A DNA stretch of 64,000 bases from Polyangiaceae bacterium (GCA_965222375.1 CBDCTZ010000004.1:13435-77434); one strand, 5' to 3'; positions 20,508 to 30,710 are shown, counted from the stretch's first letter. Translations and numbers: made by a program. The notes: generated by a model from the letters alone, not told the origin.

Positions 20508-21410
20508 ATGCGCCTCGACGCATGCGTTGACAGCTACCTTGACCACCTTCGGGTGGAGCGCGGGCTATCGCCAAACACGGTGCTGGCTTATGGCCGAGAC
20601 CTCGGCAAGTGGGTAACCTACGCGGACGAGTCGGCCGTGACCCGGATCCAGGACGTGGACCTAGGTGTCGTGTCTGGCTGGCTGCGGAGTCTGTCCAAGA
20701 GCGGCATCTCAGCGCGGAGCGCCGCGCGCCACCTGTCCGCCCTGCGCGGTCTGATGCGATTCTTGAGCAAGGAAGGCGTCATCAGCGCAGACGCAACCAG
20801 CTTGTCAAGCCGACCGCGCTTCGGTCGCAAACTGCCACACACGCTTTCCGAGTCAGAGCTGCGGCGGCTGATATCCGCTCCGCCACCCTCGACGCTGCGA
20901 GGCCTGCGGGATCGGGCCATGCTGAGCATGGCCTACGCAGCTGGACTCCGAGTTAGCGAACTCATCGGACTACGCTGGGCCGACGTGGACACATCGCGGG
21001 GTGTCGTGGCGGTGACAGGCAAGGGCAACAAGCGCCGACTCGTACCCCTCGGTGAGGTGGCGATCTCCCACCTGGAGAGTTTCGCCGTGGAGCAGCGCGC
21101 TCAGCCCACGCGCAACAAGAAGAAGGCTGAGTCGGCGTACGTATTCCCTTCACCTCGAGGGGGGAAGCTCACCCGCCAGGCTGCCTGGAAGATCGTCAAG
21201 CGCTGCGCCCGAGCAGCGGGACTGGGGCGCAGCGTGTATCCCCATCAGCTGCGCCACTCCTTCGCGACACACCTGCTTGCCGGGGGCGCGGACCTACGCT
21301 CGGTTCAGCTGATGTTGGGCCACAGCGATGTCGCCACGACCGAGATCTACACCCACGTTAGCCGTGACCACGTCACCCGCGCCCACCGTCGAAGCCACCC
21401 TCGGGGCTGA
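20508..21410 (+). CDS. xerD: site-specific tyrosine recombinase XerD
   Basis: VERGLSPNT, GLRVSEL, GKGNKRRLVP, LTRQ, HQLRHSFATHLL, LGHSDVATTEIYTH. Confidence 0.9.
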   Translation: MRLDACVDSYLDHLRVERGLSPNTVLAYGRDLGKWVTYADESAVTRIQDVDLGVVSGWLRSLSKSGISARSAARHLSALRGLMRFLSKEGVISADATSLSSRPRFGRKLPHTLSESELRRLISAPPPSTLRGLRDRAMLSMAYAAGLRVSELIGLRWADVDTSRGVVAVTGKGNKRRLVPLGEVAISHLESFAVEQRAQPTRNKKKAESAYVFPSPRGGKLTRQAAWKIVKRCARAAGLGRSVYPHQLRHSFATHLLAGGADLRSVQLMLGHSDVATTEIYTHVSRDHVTRAHRRSHPRG

Positions 21411-21562
21411 AACCGTCCGGCGCAGCCCAAGCCCGTAGGCCGGACCAGAGACGCACATGAGGGGGTGAACGGGAAGGGAGGGAAAGAGGCCGAGGGCTAG
21501 CGTAGCCTTGGCGTCTCTAGCGCGCTAGAAGGAGCGTCCCTCTGCCCACTGGCGCCGTCATC

Positions 21563-22378
21563 GTGTACTTCCAAGTTCATCAGCCCGCCTCTGCTCCGAC
21601 TCCAGTAGTGGTAGAAGTGCCCCACGCCGGGTTGGAGGTCGATCCCCAAGCGCTCGCGACATTGATCGCACCCGCGCGGGCCCTGGGGTTGGACGCCGAC
21701 CTCTTGGTCGACGAGCTGTTCGCAGATGCGCCCAACCTCGGCGCAACGTTGCTGAGCGCTCGAGTCAGTCGTTACATCTGCGATCTCAACCGGGGTGAAG
21801 ACGACGTCGACGGACGCAGCGTGGAAGGCGGCGGTGCAGAGCCGTATCCCCACGGCCTCGTTTGGCGCCGCACGACGGACGACTTGCCGGCGCTCACCCA
21901 CGCCCTGCCTCGGTCTGAATTTAAGCGGCGTTTGCGCCAGATCTACCGCCCCTACCACAGCGCCCTGCGGGGGCTGCTTCATGCCACGCGCGAGCGTTTC
22001 GGCTATGTGATCCTGCTGGCGGGTCACTCCATGCCCAGCAGGGGTCGGCGGGGCCACGTGGATCCTGGACGCACCCGCGCGGACGTCGTGCCGGGCAGTC
22101 AGGGCCGCACGACCGCCTGCCCTGCGGTGATCGACTGCGTCGAGCAGGTGTCACGGAGGCAAGGGTTCAGTGTCAAACATGACGACCCATACCGCGGTGG
22201 TTACACCACGGCGACCTACGGGAAGCCCTCCGACGGCGTCCACGCTGTGCAAGTGGAGCTCAGCCGGAGCCTGTACATGGACGAGCAGAGCCTCTGCAAA
22301 AAAGACAATGAGTTCAAACGCTTACGCGAACTATGCGGCGCTATGGTGGCAGAGTTGGGAGCCCTTGAGCTAGCATGA
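21563..22378 (+). CDS. N-formylglutamate amidohydrolase family protein
   Basis: VPHAG, SRYICDLNR, YRPYH, HSMP, PYRGGYTT, HAVQVEL. Confidence 0.9.
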   Translation: MYFQVHQPASAPTPVVVEVPHAGLEVDPQALATLIAPARALGLDADLLVDELFADAPNLGATLLSARVSRYICDLNRGEDDVDGRSVEGGGAEPYPHGLVWRRTTDDLPALTHALPRSEFKRRLRQIYRPYHSALRGLLHATRERFGYVILLAGHSMPSRGRRGHVDPGRTRADVVPGSQGRTTACPAVIDCVEQVSRRQGFSVKHDDPYRGGYTTATYGKPSDGVHAVQVELSRSLYMDEQSLCKKDNEFKRLRELCGAMVAELGALELA

Positions 22379-23343
22379 CGGGGTCTCCCCAACCCATGGG
22401 CAGCGTAAATACAGCCGCGAGCACCGAGCGAGGCCCGACTTCCGGGGTTCATCCCGCGGTAGCACCTCCGAAGCCGCTTCTAGCGTCTGAGGTGCTACGC
22501 GAGGAGCTCGCTCCGCTGCAGCCCCTGAACCCGCGGTGCCGGATTTGGTTCGCGGGTCTCGCTGTCGCGCTCGCGCTTCTAGCGTGGGCCGTACGCGCCG
22601 GTCTCGGGGCCCCATCCCTGAGCTCTGAGGATGCAACGCTCGGGTTTTCTGCAGCCGGTGCTCTGCTGGCGATCGCAGCCCTCCCCTTTCCCTACGCGGC
22701 GCGCGCCGGCCTGGTGGCGATCGTGGGCGGGGTCCTCGTGGTTCTGGGCCTGCGAGGCGCAGGTCCCCTAGCCGGGCTTGCCGTCGATGGCGGTTGGCTG
22801 CGAGCCAGCGCTCGTCTGATCACCATGACGCTGTTGCCAGCGGCTCTACTGTTCCGCGCCCACTACAGAGCGTATGCACGCGCCCGGCACCTGCTAGTGG
22901 CCGCACTTCTGTTCAGCACGCCGTTCCTCATCATGGAGGCCAGTCTGGCGTTGGACTCTGGGGCGCCGATGATCATGCGCATCGCGTCCACGGTTAGCGT
23001 GGCGATGGTGTGCTGCGCACTCTTCGGTTTCATGGGAGAAGGCACCACCGGGCTGAGCGGTGTTTGGGCGGGCCTGCTCTGGCTGGTGCTCGCAGGAGAT
23101 ATTGCCCTGCGTCAGATGACCGTGCTGGCCGACGCCCAAACCGGATACTTGACCTACCCGACCACCGCGGTGGGCGTGCTAGCTGCGGGCGTGCTCACGA
23201 GTTTGGGTATATTTCAGCTGGCTGCCGCCAGCCTGGCGCCGGAGGCTCGGCGGCTGTCCCTACCTGGAAGAGCCGCGGAATCTATCTCTACGCCCAGCCC
23301 AGCCCCGGTTTCTGGGGGCCGCTTGAACGGCCCAAACTCTTGA
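22375..23343 (+). CDS. hypothetical multi-pass membrane protein
   Basis: about 8 hydrophobic segments; ATGA overlap with upstream gene. Confidence 0.7.
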   Translation: MTGSPQPMGSVNTAASTERGPTSGVHPAVAPPKPLLASEVLREELAPLQPLNPRCRIWFAGLAVALALLAWAVRAGLGAPSLSSEDATLGFSAAGALLAIAALPFPYAARAGLVAIVGGVLVVLGLRGAGPLAGLAVDGGWLRASARLITMTLLPAALLFRAHYRAYARARHLLVAALLFSTPFLIMEASLALDSGAPMIMRIASTVSVAMVCCALFGFMGEGTTGLSGVWAGLLWLVLAGDIALRQMTVLADAQTGYLTYPTTAVGVLAAGVLTSLGIFQLAAASLAPEARRLSLPGRAAESISTPSPAPVSGGRLNGPNS

Positions 23344-23351
23344 GCTAGGGT
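23323..23351 (+). promoter_or_regulatory. putative sigma70 promoter of rpmB
   Basis: TTGAAC-N17-TAGGGT, 13 nt before ATG. Confidence 0.55.
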
Positions 23352-23364
23352 CCCGGCCCTCAAA

Positions 23365-23589
23365 ATGGCACGTAGCGATATCACCGGTCAGCGGCGCATG
23401 CGCGCACGCAACGTTTCCCACTCGAACATCAAGACTCCGCGTTGGCAGAACGTCAACGTGCAGCGGAAGCGACTGTGGGTACCCGAGCTCGGGCGCTACG
23501 TCACGCTGAAGCTCACCGCGTCCGAGTTGCGCACCGTCGACAAGATCGGACTCGTCGCGTTCGCAAAAAAGCACGGCGTCGCGATCTAG
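23365..23589 (+). CDS. rpmB: 50S ribosomal protein L28 (cysteine-free form)
   Basis: ITG...NVSHSNIKTPRWQNVNVQ..LWVPE...LRTVDK. Confidence 0.93.
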   Translation: MARSDITGQRRMRARNVSHSNIKTPRWQNVNVQRKRLWVPELGRYVTLKLTASELRTVDKIGLVAFAKKHGVAI

Positions 23590-24548
23590 GACGAGCTGCC
23601 GCGCTCGACCGCCTTGGTGCTCGGCTCTCGCCGCAAGCAAAAGCGGTTCGCGTTCTCGTGATCGAGTCGGGCCGACGACGGCGTCGCCATGACCTCGACC
23701 CACGCGCCCTTCGAATCCGAGAGCACTCCGATAGCCGCGGGCGCCGGAATGCATGCGCCTGGAGCAACACGCCGCTTGCCGCGACGGACCGGCGCACCCG
23801 CCAGTGGAACATCGAGTTCCAACTCATCCAAAGTGTAGCCGTCAACCAGGCGGCGATAGGTCAGCGCCGCCAGCTGGCCCCGCACGTCGGCTGCGATGAC
23901 TGCGGCGCCAGCTCCCAGCGCGCTCGCGTCTGCATCCGCGCCCGACTCTTCCCAAGGTGGCGCGAACAGCTTCCCGGACGGATGGGGCAACTGAGTCGCT
24001 TCTCGATCCACGTCGCTGACCTTGCTGAAGTCGGTCGGGGTGAGGAGTCCGCCTTGGCTCGGACCGGCAACCCGCAACATGGACCTTACGAAACTGGTGT
24101 CCGAAAAGGTCGCGGCGCCACTGCTTCGAACCTGTCGCAAGAGTGAAGAGCGGGCATCGGCGCCGGCACGCGCGGCGCGCTGGATCCCCGGCCGCAAGAT
24201 GCTGGCCAGGGACTGGCCGCCGTCGTAGGCGTACGCGACCATGGCCGCGGGAATGCTGGCGGGCACGGCTATCTTCGCCTGGTCCGGCACGTCGTCCTCG
24301 GCCTTTAGACCTCTCGGTCGCTTGCTGCCCTGCCCGGGCTGCCGCAGGCGCCCGTCGAACGCCCGGGCACCCCGTCCCGTGCCCGCGACGAGTATCGAGA
24401 TCGGACCCATCAGAACGCCCCCATAAGCGCCCGCAGCGGCGAAAAAGCCACACAGGACTGCACCCGTGGCAGAACCCGAGGCGGCGAGGTAATCGTTCGC
24501 AGCCTCCTCCACGATAGGATCGTTCGCGACGGCCAAGGCTCGGATCAT
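23586..24548 (-). CDS. degenerate gamma-glutamyltransferase-like protein, probably inactive
   Basis: Colinear matches to GGT blocks (AFDGRLRQP, IAVP, GGLLTPTDF, AADVRGQLAALT, VAPG); no catalytic Thr. Confidence 0.6.
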   Translation of the reverse strand: MIRALAVANDPIVEEAANDYLAASGSATGAVLCGFFAAAGAYGGVLMGPISILVAGTGRGARAFDGRLRQPGQGSKRPRGLKAEDDVPDQAKIAVPASIPAAMVAYAYDGGQSLASILRPGIQRAARAGADARSSLLRQVRSSGAATFSDTSFVRSMLRVAGPSQGGLLTPTDFSKVSDVDREATQLPHPSGKLFAPPWEESGADADASALGAGAAVIAADVRGQLAALTYRRLVDGYTLDELELDVPLAGAPVRRGKRRVAPGACIPAPAAIGVLSDSKGAWVEVMATPSSARLDHENANRFCLRREPSTKAVERGSSS

Positions 24549-25183
24549 GGGGCTTCGCTTTCTTCGAGTAGCATAGCGCGCAGCTCTTGAGCCACGCCGA
24601 ATGCGCCGCGGCCGTCGATGACGACGTAGGCTTCGTCCTTGTCCTCCAACTTGTCGGCGAGGCGGTCCGCGACGCTGGAAGATACCCGTCCGCCGTGGCC
24701 TAAGGACTTGACGCGAGTGTAGCTAACCGGCCCCGGAGCAGAGTCCTCGCAAGACAAGTCCCGAACCGCAAGCACGCCAATCTCCTTCGCGACCACACTG
24801 GACGTTTCCTCGTCGAAAAGACCAGCGGGCTCCCACACCAGGGTGCGGCCCTCGAAGGAGCTGACCAGGCCCGCCAGACGCTCGACAGTCGCCTTGCCGG
24901 GCCGCACGCTGGCTGGCGTACGCAACAGCAAGAAGGCCGCGTCGAGTTCGTCAGCCATGGACAGAACGCGCGCGCGTTCGTCTTCGTCCTGCGTCAGGCT
25001 CGACAGGGACGCCGGAAGCACGACGGAAAACACGAAGCCTTGGGGCGCCTGTTCGCGGAAGCTCCGCAGTCGCTTACGCCGAGGAGCGCGGCCCGCGTCG
25101 GTCCGGATCTCCAGCAGGTCGAAGCGTTCGGCGTAGCGGGCAAAATCACCGATCAGGGCGGGGCGCCCGACACGCAGTTTCAT
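24545..25183 (-). CDS. DUF72 family protein
   Basis: YAERFDLLEI...P.GFVFSV, LLLRTPAS, WEP, YTRV. Confidence 0.75.
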   Translation of the reverse strand: MKLRVGRPALIGDFARYAERFDLLEIRTDAGRAPRRKRLRSFREQAPQGFVFSVVLPASLSSLTQDEDERARVLSMADELDAAFLLLRTPASVRPGKATVERLAGLVSSFEGRTLVWEPAGLFDEETSSVVAKEIGVLAVRDLSCEDSAPGPVSYTRVKSLGHGGRVSSSVADRLADKLEDKDEAYVVIDGRGAFGVAQELRAMLLEESEAP

Positions 25184-25229
25184 CGCGGCCCTTTGTGCCA
25201 AAGCCACGGCCGTGGGGCCAGGGGGAATC

Positions 25230-26093
25230 TCACTGCCCGTCAAAACAGAACCACTGCGTGGGATGGGCACGCAGGAAACGCTCGAGTTCCCAGGCCGCAC
25301 GCTCCCCTGCCCGCGCCAACTCCGAGGGACTAGGCCGGCGGGACACTCGCAGGGATGGTCCACCCCACAGTTCGTAGTGAAAGTGGCCGACCCGACGCAC
25401 AAACAGGGGGATCACTGGAACCTGAGCCAACCCGGCAATACGAAACGGCCCCTCGGGCACCTGGGAGGGACGGCCGAAGAGCCGTACATCCAAGGCACGA
25501 ACCCCACTCGGAACTCGGTCCATTTGGAAGGCGACGACCCCGCCGGATTGAAGCCGCTTGAGCAGTGGGAGCGCATCGGTCGGGTCACGCCCCACGTGCA
25601 CGATCTCGACGCCGGCGCGGCGCCGCACGTCATCATGCAGCGCCTGGGCGGCGCGACTCGCTTCGGGTCGCATCACGATTGTGACGCCCCGGCGCAGGTC
25701 ACGCGCTATCAGCGGCGCCGCTGCGTCCCACGCTCCCGCGTGGGCCGTCGCGATCACCAGTCCCCCCGGACATTCCAGCGCCGACGCCAGCTCAGGGTCC
25801 TTGAACCGACAACGTGCCTGATTGGCCTCGGGCCGGCCCGCCGCAAGAGATTCGGCGAGGCAGTGAGCGTACTGGGCAAACGCCCGCGCCGACGCCAGCC
25901 GGAGCGCCGCCTCGCTGTCGGATTGCAGCGCGCCGCGCAGACGCCGCTGCAACCTGCCGCGCGCTTCGGGAGCAGCCAGGGACACCGACAGCCCGATAGG
26001 ACCAGGGCTGAACTCCAACCACCAGCGCGGTCCATAGCGGGACCCGAGGTAGGCCAGCTTTCGCCACAGCGCGGACGATTCGACGCCGGCCAT
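25230..26093 (-). CDS. LpxL/PatA-type lipid acyltransferase
   Basis: TAHAGAWD, DRVP, LFGRP..VPEGP, HPTQWF. Confidence 0.85.
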   Translation of the reverse strand: MAGVESSALWRKLAYLGSRYGPRWWLEFSPGPIGLSVSLAAPEARGRLQRRLRGALQSDSEAALRLASARAFAQYAHCLAESLAAGRPEANQARCRFKDPELASALECPGGLVIATAHAGAWDAAAPLIARDLRRGVTIVMRPEASRAAQALHDDVRRRAGVEIVHVGRDPTDALPLLKRLQSGGVVAFQMDRVPSGVRALDVRLFGRPSQVPEGPFRIAGLAQVPVIPLFVRRVGHFHYELWGGPSLRVSRRPSPSELARAGERAAWELERFLRAHPTQWFCFDGQ

Positions 26094-27343
26094 CAGCGCA
26101 GAGATCGCAGCTGCTTCTTGATCGCGGCGCGATTCACGCGGCCTCGCTTCGCCTTGAGCGCCTTCTTGAATGCAACCTTTGCTGCCGCTCGCTCACCATT
26201 GGCGCGGTGTACCTCACCCAAGGCGACCCAGCCCGGCGCCCACTTTGGGAAGTCCTGCGTGACCCGGTCGGCGAAGGCCCGCGCGGTCGTAGGTCGACCA
26301 AGTGCAAGGCATGCACGTGCCCCTCGCACCAACGGCCTCGGATCCGTGCGTGCAAAACCATGCGCCTGCTCATAGGCCTCGATCGCCAGGTCGATGTCAC
26401 CCCGCTTGGCTAGGGCGTCGGCCCGGGCAAGCTTTGCTCCCGAGTGATTGCTCACGAGCTTCAGGGCCAGATCCGCCTCAGCAAGGCCTCCTTTGGCATC
26501 TCCCTTGGCCACCAACACCGCAGCCAAAGAGGCGTGCCAATCGGCTTGTTTGGCGTTGAGTGCGATGGCGCGGCGCAGTGCAGCCTCCGCCCCGCTCAGA
26601 TCCCGCAAGCCGTGCTTGACGACTCCCAAGCGCGCGTGAGCCGCCCCGAACCCGGGTCGAAGGGCAATCGCCTTCTCCAGTGCGTCCCTGGCAGCGCCGC
26701 CCGAGAGGGCACGACCCAGGGCGAGCAAAGGCAGCGGCTCCTTGGGTGCAACCTGGTGCGCCTTGCGCAAGTGAGCGTGGCCTTTCCCGCGCAGCAGCTG
26801 GCCCAGACGTAAGTGTGCCTCGTAGCGCCTGCTGTCCTGTGCGATCGCTTTGCGGTATGCGGCCTCGGCCTTGTCCTTCTGGCCCATCTGCATCAACGCT
26901 CGGCCCCGCGCAACGAGGGCGTCGTAGTTTGCCGGCTCCTTTTTGAGGGCCTTGTCGGCCAGAGGCAGCGCCAAAGACGCCCGTTTCCAGAGGAGCTGCG
27001 CTTCCGCCGTGCAAACCCACTGGGAGGCGACCGAGACCCCTTTGAGAGATCGGCACTCCCTCACGGCCTGCTTTTGCTTGCCTGCATCGATGAGGCTGCG
27101 CGCAGCTTCGAGGCGCGCGGCAATTGCCGTAGGGCCACGGTTCGTCTTTAGGTACGCGCGACGGAGAATGCGGACCGCCTGGTCAAACTGTCCCGCGCGG
27201 CGCAAGTCTTTGCCCAATTCCAGCAATCCCTGGGCATCCCTGGGCGGGACTCTCAGTCTCTTGCCGAGGTCCGCTGAAGCAGGTGCCGCGCCAAAAAAGG
27301 CCGCACACAAGCCAAGGGTCGCTAGAGTTTTCGAGGTCATCAT
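26093..27343 (-). CDS. secreted tetratricopeptide repeat protein
   Basis: Signal peptide MMTSKTLATLGLCAAFFGAAPASA, multiple TPR motifs; stop overlaps next start. Confidence 0.85.
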   Translation of the reverse strand: MMTSKTLATLGLCAAFFGAAPASADLGKRLRVPPRDAQGLLELGKDLRRAGQFDQAVRILRRAYLKTNRGPTAIAARLEAARSLIDAGKQKQAVRECRSLKGVSVASQWVCTAEAQLLWKRASLALPLADKALKKEPANYDALVARGRALMQMGQKDKAEAAYRKAIAQDSRRYEAHLRLGQLLRGKGHAHLRKAHQVAPKEPLPLLALGRALSGGAARDALEKAIALRPGFGAAHARLGVVKHGLRDLSGAEAALRRAIALNAKQADWHASLAAVLVAKGDAKGGLAEADLALKLVSNHSGAKLARADALAKRGDIDLAIEAYEQAHGFARTDPRPLVRGARACLALGRPTTARAFADRVTQDFPKWAPGWVALGEVHRANGERAAAKVAFKKALKAKRGRVNRAAIKKQLRSLR

Positions 27344-27577
27344 GTTGCAGGTGCGCCAGCCCTCGGGCGACTGGCAATGCCATCCGGGTTTTGCGGGGGG
27401 AGTAGCGCTGAATGGCACGGAGCGCAATTTTCCCAGCAAGCCCCCGCCGCGACGGAAATCTCCATGCGTGGGGCCCGGATTTTCGCTAAGTTTCGAATCG
27501 GCATTCGCTACTGGCTGTCCCGTCGTGGGTTGGACGACCCCGGGGCGGCCTGAATTCAGCGACGAGAGGTAGGGCAC

Positions 27578-28738
27578 ATGGTTCGCAATTCGACCGTTAT
27601 TATCGCAGCCTTCGCTGCCGCATCCCTGCTGGGTTGCTCCGAAGACAAGGGCGGGAAGATCCCGGGTGGCGGAGGAGCGCTCACGCCGGAAAACGGGGCG
27701 TTCTGCGAGGACAGCTGTTTCGGGAGCACGTTTGAGACCACAACCGGGCGGCCCGTGGACAGCTGTTGCGTTGCGGTCGGCGAGCCCGGTCGATCATCAA
27801 CCAATCCTCACTTGGTTCGCACCAAAGACACGGACGAGTACGCCGACCCAAAGGGAGGCCCGCCAAACCTGTCCTGCTTTGAGCCCAGCGGATATCCATC
27901 GCAGCCGCCCGCGGGCGGTACGCAGAAGACCGCAAGCCTTGCCGGTGTGATCAAGACCTTTTCGAACGGTGGCTGCGCAGCGGAAGACTTGATCGGTCCC
28001 AATGCAGTCACCGTCGAGGTCTACAAAGTCAAGCGCACCGGGGACCCGGCCACGGATGGCGCGCTCGGCGACCTAGTCGGCACGGCGTTGGTCGCGAACG
28101 ATCAAATGCCCATCGTGAAGGAGGAGGTCACCAACTGCGCCGACGACCCCAAGCTGAACCGCCAGTACGAATATCCCGACGTGCCGATGTACACGGAGCT
28201 CGTCGTCAAGAGCTACGGCAACGGTTGGTCCCCGCTCTACGCCTACAACATCTACATCAGCGAAGATTCCCCGGATTACGACTCGACGAATAACTCGTAC
28301 GCCTACGACGTGCGCGCACTGGCCGAGGGTGACTTCCAGACGATCGCCACTGTGGCGATCGGAAAGACGATCACCGCAGGCAACGGCGCCATCGGCGGCG
28401 AGGTACACGACTGCGACAACATCCGACTGCAGTTCGCCCGCGTGGATGTCTCCGTGCCTCGAGTTGGATTGGAATACTTCAATGACAACGAGGACAATAA
28501 ACTGCCAGACACCACCCGTAGGGACATCGGAACCGGTAGAACGGCGCTCTACTCCGCTCTGGACATCACTGTCCCGGGCCCCGAGGGGCTGTACGCCCGG
28601 ATGGCTGGCGCAGGTCTCGTCCCTGGGCCCGATGGCGACAAGCTGGTGAGCCTCGGGTACTACGACGTCCGCGTGTTCCCAAACAGTGTCACGAGTGTGA
28701 GCCTGCGCGGCCTGAGGCCCTTCCAGGTTCCCAAGTGA
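27578..28738 (+). CDS. hypothetical Cys-rich lipoprotein
   Basis: Lipobox LLGC, GAGG SD, clean GC3 codon usage. Confidence 0.8.
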   Translation: MVRNSTVIIAAFAAASLLGCSEDKGGKIPGGGGALTPENGAFCEDSCFGSTFETTTGRPVDSCCVAVGEPGRSSTNPHLVRTKDTDEYADPKGGPPNLSCFEPSGYPSQPPAGGTQKTASLAGVIKTFSNGGCAAEDLIGPNAVTVEVYKVKRTGDPATDGALGDLVGTALVANDQMPIVKEEVTNCADDPKLNRQYEYPDVPMYTELVVKSYGNGWSPLYAYNIYISEDSPDYDSTNNSYAYDVRALAEGDFQTIATVAIGKTITAGNGAIGGEVHDCDNIRLQFARVDVSVPRVGLEYFNDNEDNKLPDTTRRDIGTGRTALYSALDITVPGPEGLYARMAGAGLVPGPDGDKLVSLGYYDVRVFPNSVTSVSLRGLRPFQVPK

Positions 28739-29478
28739 ACCTCGACGCGCTCGCTCCGGCGTGCGCCACATCGGATACGCTCTTCGAGGGTCGGCTGCGA
28801 CTGACGCAGCCAACCGTCGGCCACAGAGCGACCGTGGACACGCTGCTCCTGGCCACTTTTGCCGGAGGACTCCGCGCTCCGAAGACGGTCCTGGACCTGG
28901 GCGCGGGCGCGGGTGCGTTGACCCTCGTGCTGCACCACCTAGGCGTCGACGCGCGCTTCTCGCTGGTGGATGTGTCATCGACCGCGTGTGAACTGGCCCG
29001 AAACAACCTGACGCAGGCCGGCCTGTCACACCGGGTGTGGTGCCACGACCTGTCCACGGGCTTGCCCACGGAGTGCCGGAGGATCGCGGAACTGGTCGTG
29101 CTCAATCCCCCCTACTTCGAGCCGGGCTCTGCTCGGGCTCCCCGCAACGCGCAGCACACGCGTATCGGCGCTCTCGGGCCCTTCCTACAATCAGCCCGGG
29201 ATGGTCTGGCACAACGTGGCTCCGTCGCAGCCTGCTACCCAGCTGCAGCACTACAAACGCTGCTCGGAACGGCCGCCAGCGTTGGCTTGCACGCCAAACG
29301 GCTGCGCCTGGTTCATGCCTTCGCCGCTCGGCCTGCGCGGTTGGCCCTGGCGGAGTTCAAACCCGGGCGCGGAGGTGGTCTGGAGGTCCTGCCACCCCTG
29401 GTCGAGTGGCATGCACCGTCCAAGCGCAGCGCTGAACTCGAGTGCATCATCGCCGGCCGCAGAGTCGATCGAGCATGA
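28735..29478 (+). CDS. SAM-dependent methyltransferase, tRNA m6A37 TrmN6/YabB-like
   Basis: LTQP..GHR..VDTLLLA, VLDLGAGAG, NPPYF, LEVLPPL. Confidence 0.82.
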   Translation: MNLDALAPACATSDTLFEGRLRLTQPTVGHRATVDTLLLATFAGGLRAPKTVLDLGAGAGALTLVLHHLGVDARFSLVDVSSTACELARNNLTQAGLSHRVWCHDLSTGLPTECRRIAELVVLNPPYFEPGSARAPRNAQHTRIGALGPFLQSARDGLAQRGSVAACYPAAALQTLLGTAASVGLHAKRLRLVHAFAARPARLALAEFKPGRGGGLEVLPPLVEWHAPSKRSAELECIIAGRRVDRA

Positions 29479-30010
29479 TCGCCGCGGCGGCACGTACGCT
29501 CAAATGGTTGTAGCCATCCGGGCGCGGCGACTCGATGGGTGCGAGGCGCGCCGTCGCAGCTGGCGTCAGGCTGGGCGATAGCCCCCAGCCGGTCCCCAGC
29601 ACTACTAGCACCGGCTCGCCCTCGGATTCGAGTCGGGCGCGTGCCGCCTCGAAGTCCAGCTCGGATGCACCGGAGCGCGCGCTCGTCACCCAGACGTCAA
29701 CGGCACCCCCCGCTCCGTGAGCGCGGCAAGCTTCCTCCAGGGAGTCCACGACTCGCAGCAATGCGATTGCCTTACTGCGGTCCGGGATGCGGCGCGCCCC
29801 GCTGCCGGTGGTCCAATGGTCCTTCACGCGCTCCGCGAGCTGTCGCTGAGCTGCGATCGGGTGGCTCACGTACAGCGCGCTGGCGCCGTAAGTGTGGGCG
29901 CTCCTGCTGATGTCATGCAGGTCGAGATTCGTGATTGCCGTGGTAACGACTTCGCCCTGGCGGTCCAAGACCGGATGGTGCACCAGCGCAAGACCGAGAC
30001 GGCGCTTCAC
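29447..30010 (-). CDS. SPOUT RNA methyltransferase (TrmD-associated family)
   Basis: LVHHPV...[31 protein letters not shown] overlap with trmD. Confidence 0.88.
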   Translation of the reverse strand: MKRRLGLALVHHPVLDRQGEVVTTAITNLDLHDISRSAHTYGASALYVSHPIAAQRQLAERVKDHWTTGSGARRIPDRSKAIALLRVVDSLEEACRAHGAGGAVDVWVTSARSGASELDFEAARARLESEGEPVLVVLGTGWGLSPSLTPAATARLAPIESPRPDGYNHLSVRAAAAIMLDRLCGRR

Positions 30011-30702
30011 TGCTCTGCCTTGGACAGCAAATCGGGACGGCGATGGAGCGTGCGGGCTTTGGACTGCTCGCGGCGCCAGGCTTCGATCTTCTCATGATGC
30101 CCGCTTCGCAACACTTCTGGAACCATCTGACCGCGAAACTCCGCGGGCCGGGTGTACTGCGGGTACTCGAGCAGCCCTCCCGCGACCCGGCTGAAGGACT
30201 CGTCCCGGGAAGAACTCTCGTTGCCGAGCACCCCCGGAATCAGACGCACGCAAGCCTCCACGACTGCCATGGCAGCAACCTCGCCACCGGTGAGAATGAA
30301 GTCCCCGAGGGAGACTTCCTGGTCCACGAACGCCCTCACGCGTTCGTCGAATCCTTCGTAGCGACCGCAGATCAACACCAACGCCTCTCGCCGCGCCAGC
30401 TCCTCGGCCACCGGTTGCCGCAGCGGCTGCCCCTGTGGCGTCAACAAGACCCGGTGGCTGCGGCCGCCCAAGTGTCGCTCCGCGCTCTCGATGGATTGAA
30501 CTACGCAGTCGACCCGGAGGACCATCCCTGAACCACCACCATAGGGCGTATCATCCACGTTCTGGTGCTTGCCCAGCCCCTGGTCTCGCAGCGGCTCCAG
30601 ATGAATCGAGAGTTGCCCGCCGTCGACCCCACGCCCGACGAAACTCGTCGAGGCGAATGCCTCGAAAAGCTCCGGGAACAGAGTAACCACAGCAACGCGC
30701 AT
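30007..30702 (-). CDS. trmD: tRNA (guanine-N1)-methyltransferase
   Basis: [42 protein letters not shown]. Confidence 0.97.
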   Translation of the reverse strand: MRVAVVTLFPELFEAFASTSFVGRGVDGGQLSIHLEPLRDQGLGKHQNVDDTPYGGGSGMVLRVDCVVQSIESAERHLGGRSHRVLLTPQGQPLRQPVAEELARREALVLICGRYEGFDERVRAFVDQEVSLGDFILTGGEVAAMAVVEACVRLIPGVLGNESSSRDESFSRVAGGLLEYPQYTRPAEFRGQMVPEVLRSGHHEKIEAWRREQSKARTLHRRPDLLSKAEQ

Positions 30703-30710
30703 GACCGTGC

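Noticed and set aside
20508..21410. Tyrosine recombinase as phage or island integrase
   Set aside because: XerD length and motifs, housekeeping neighbours, and no att repeats, tRNA or cargo visible
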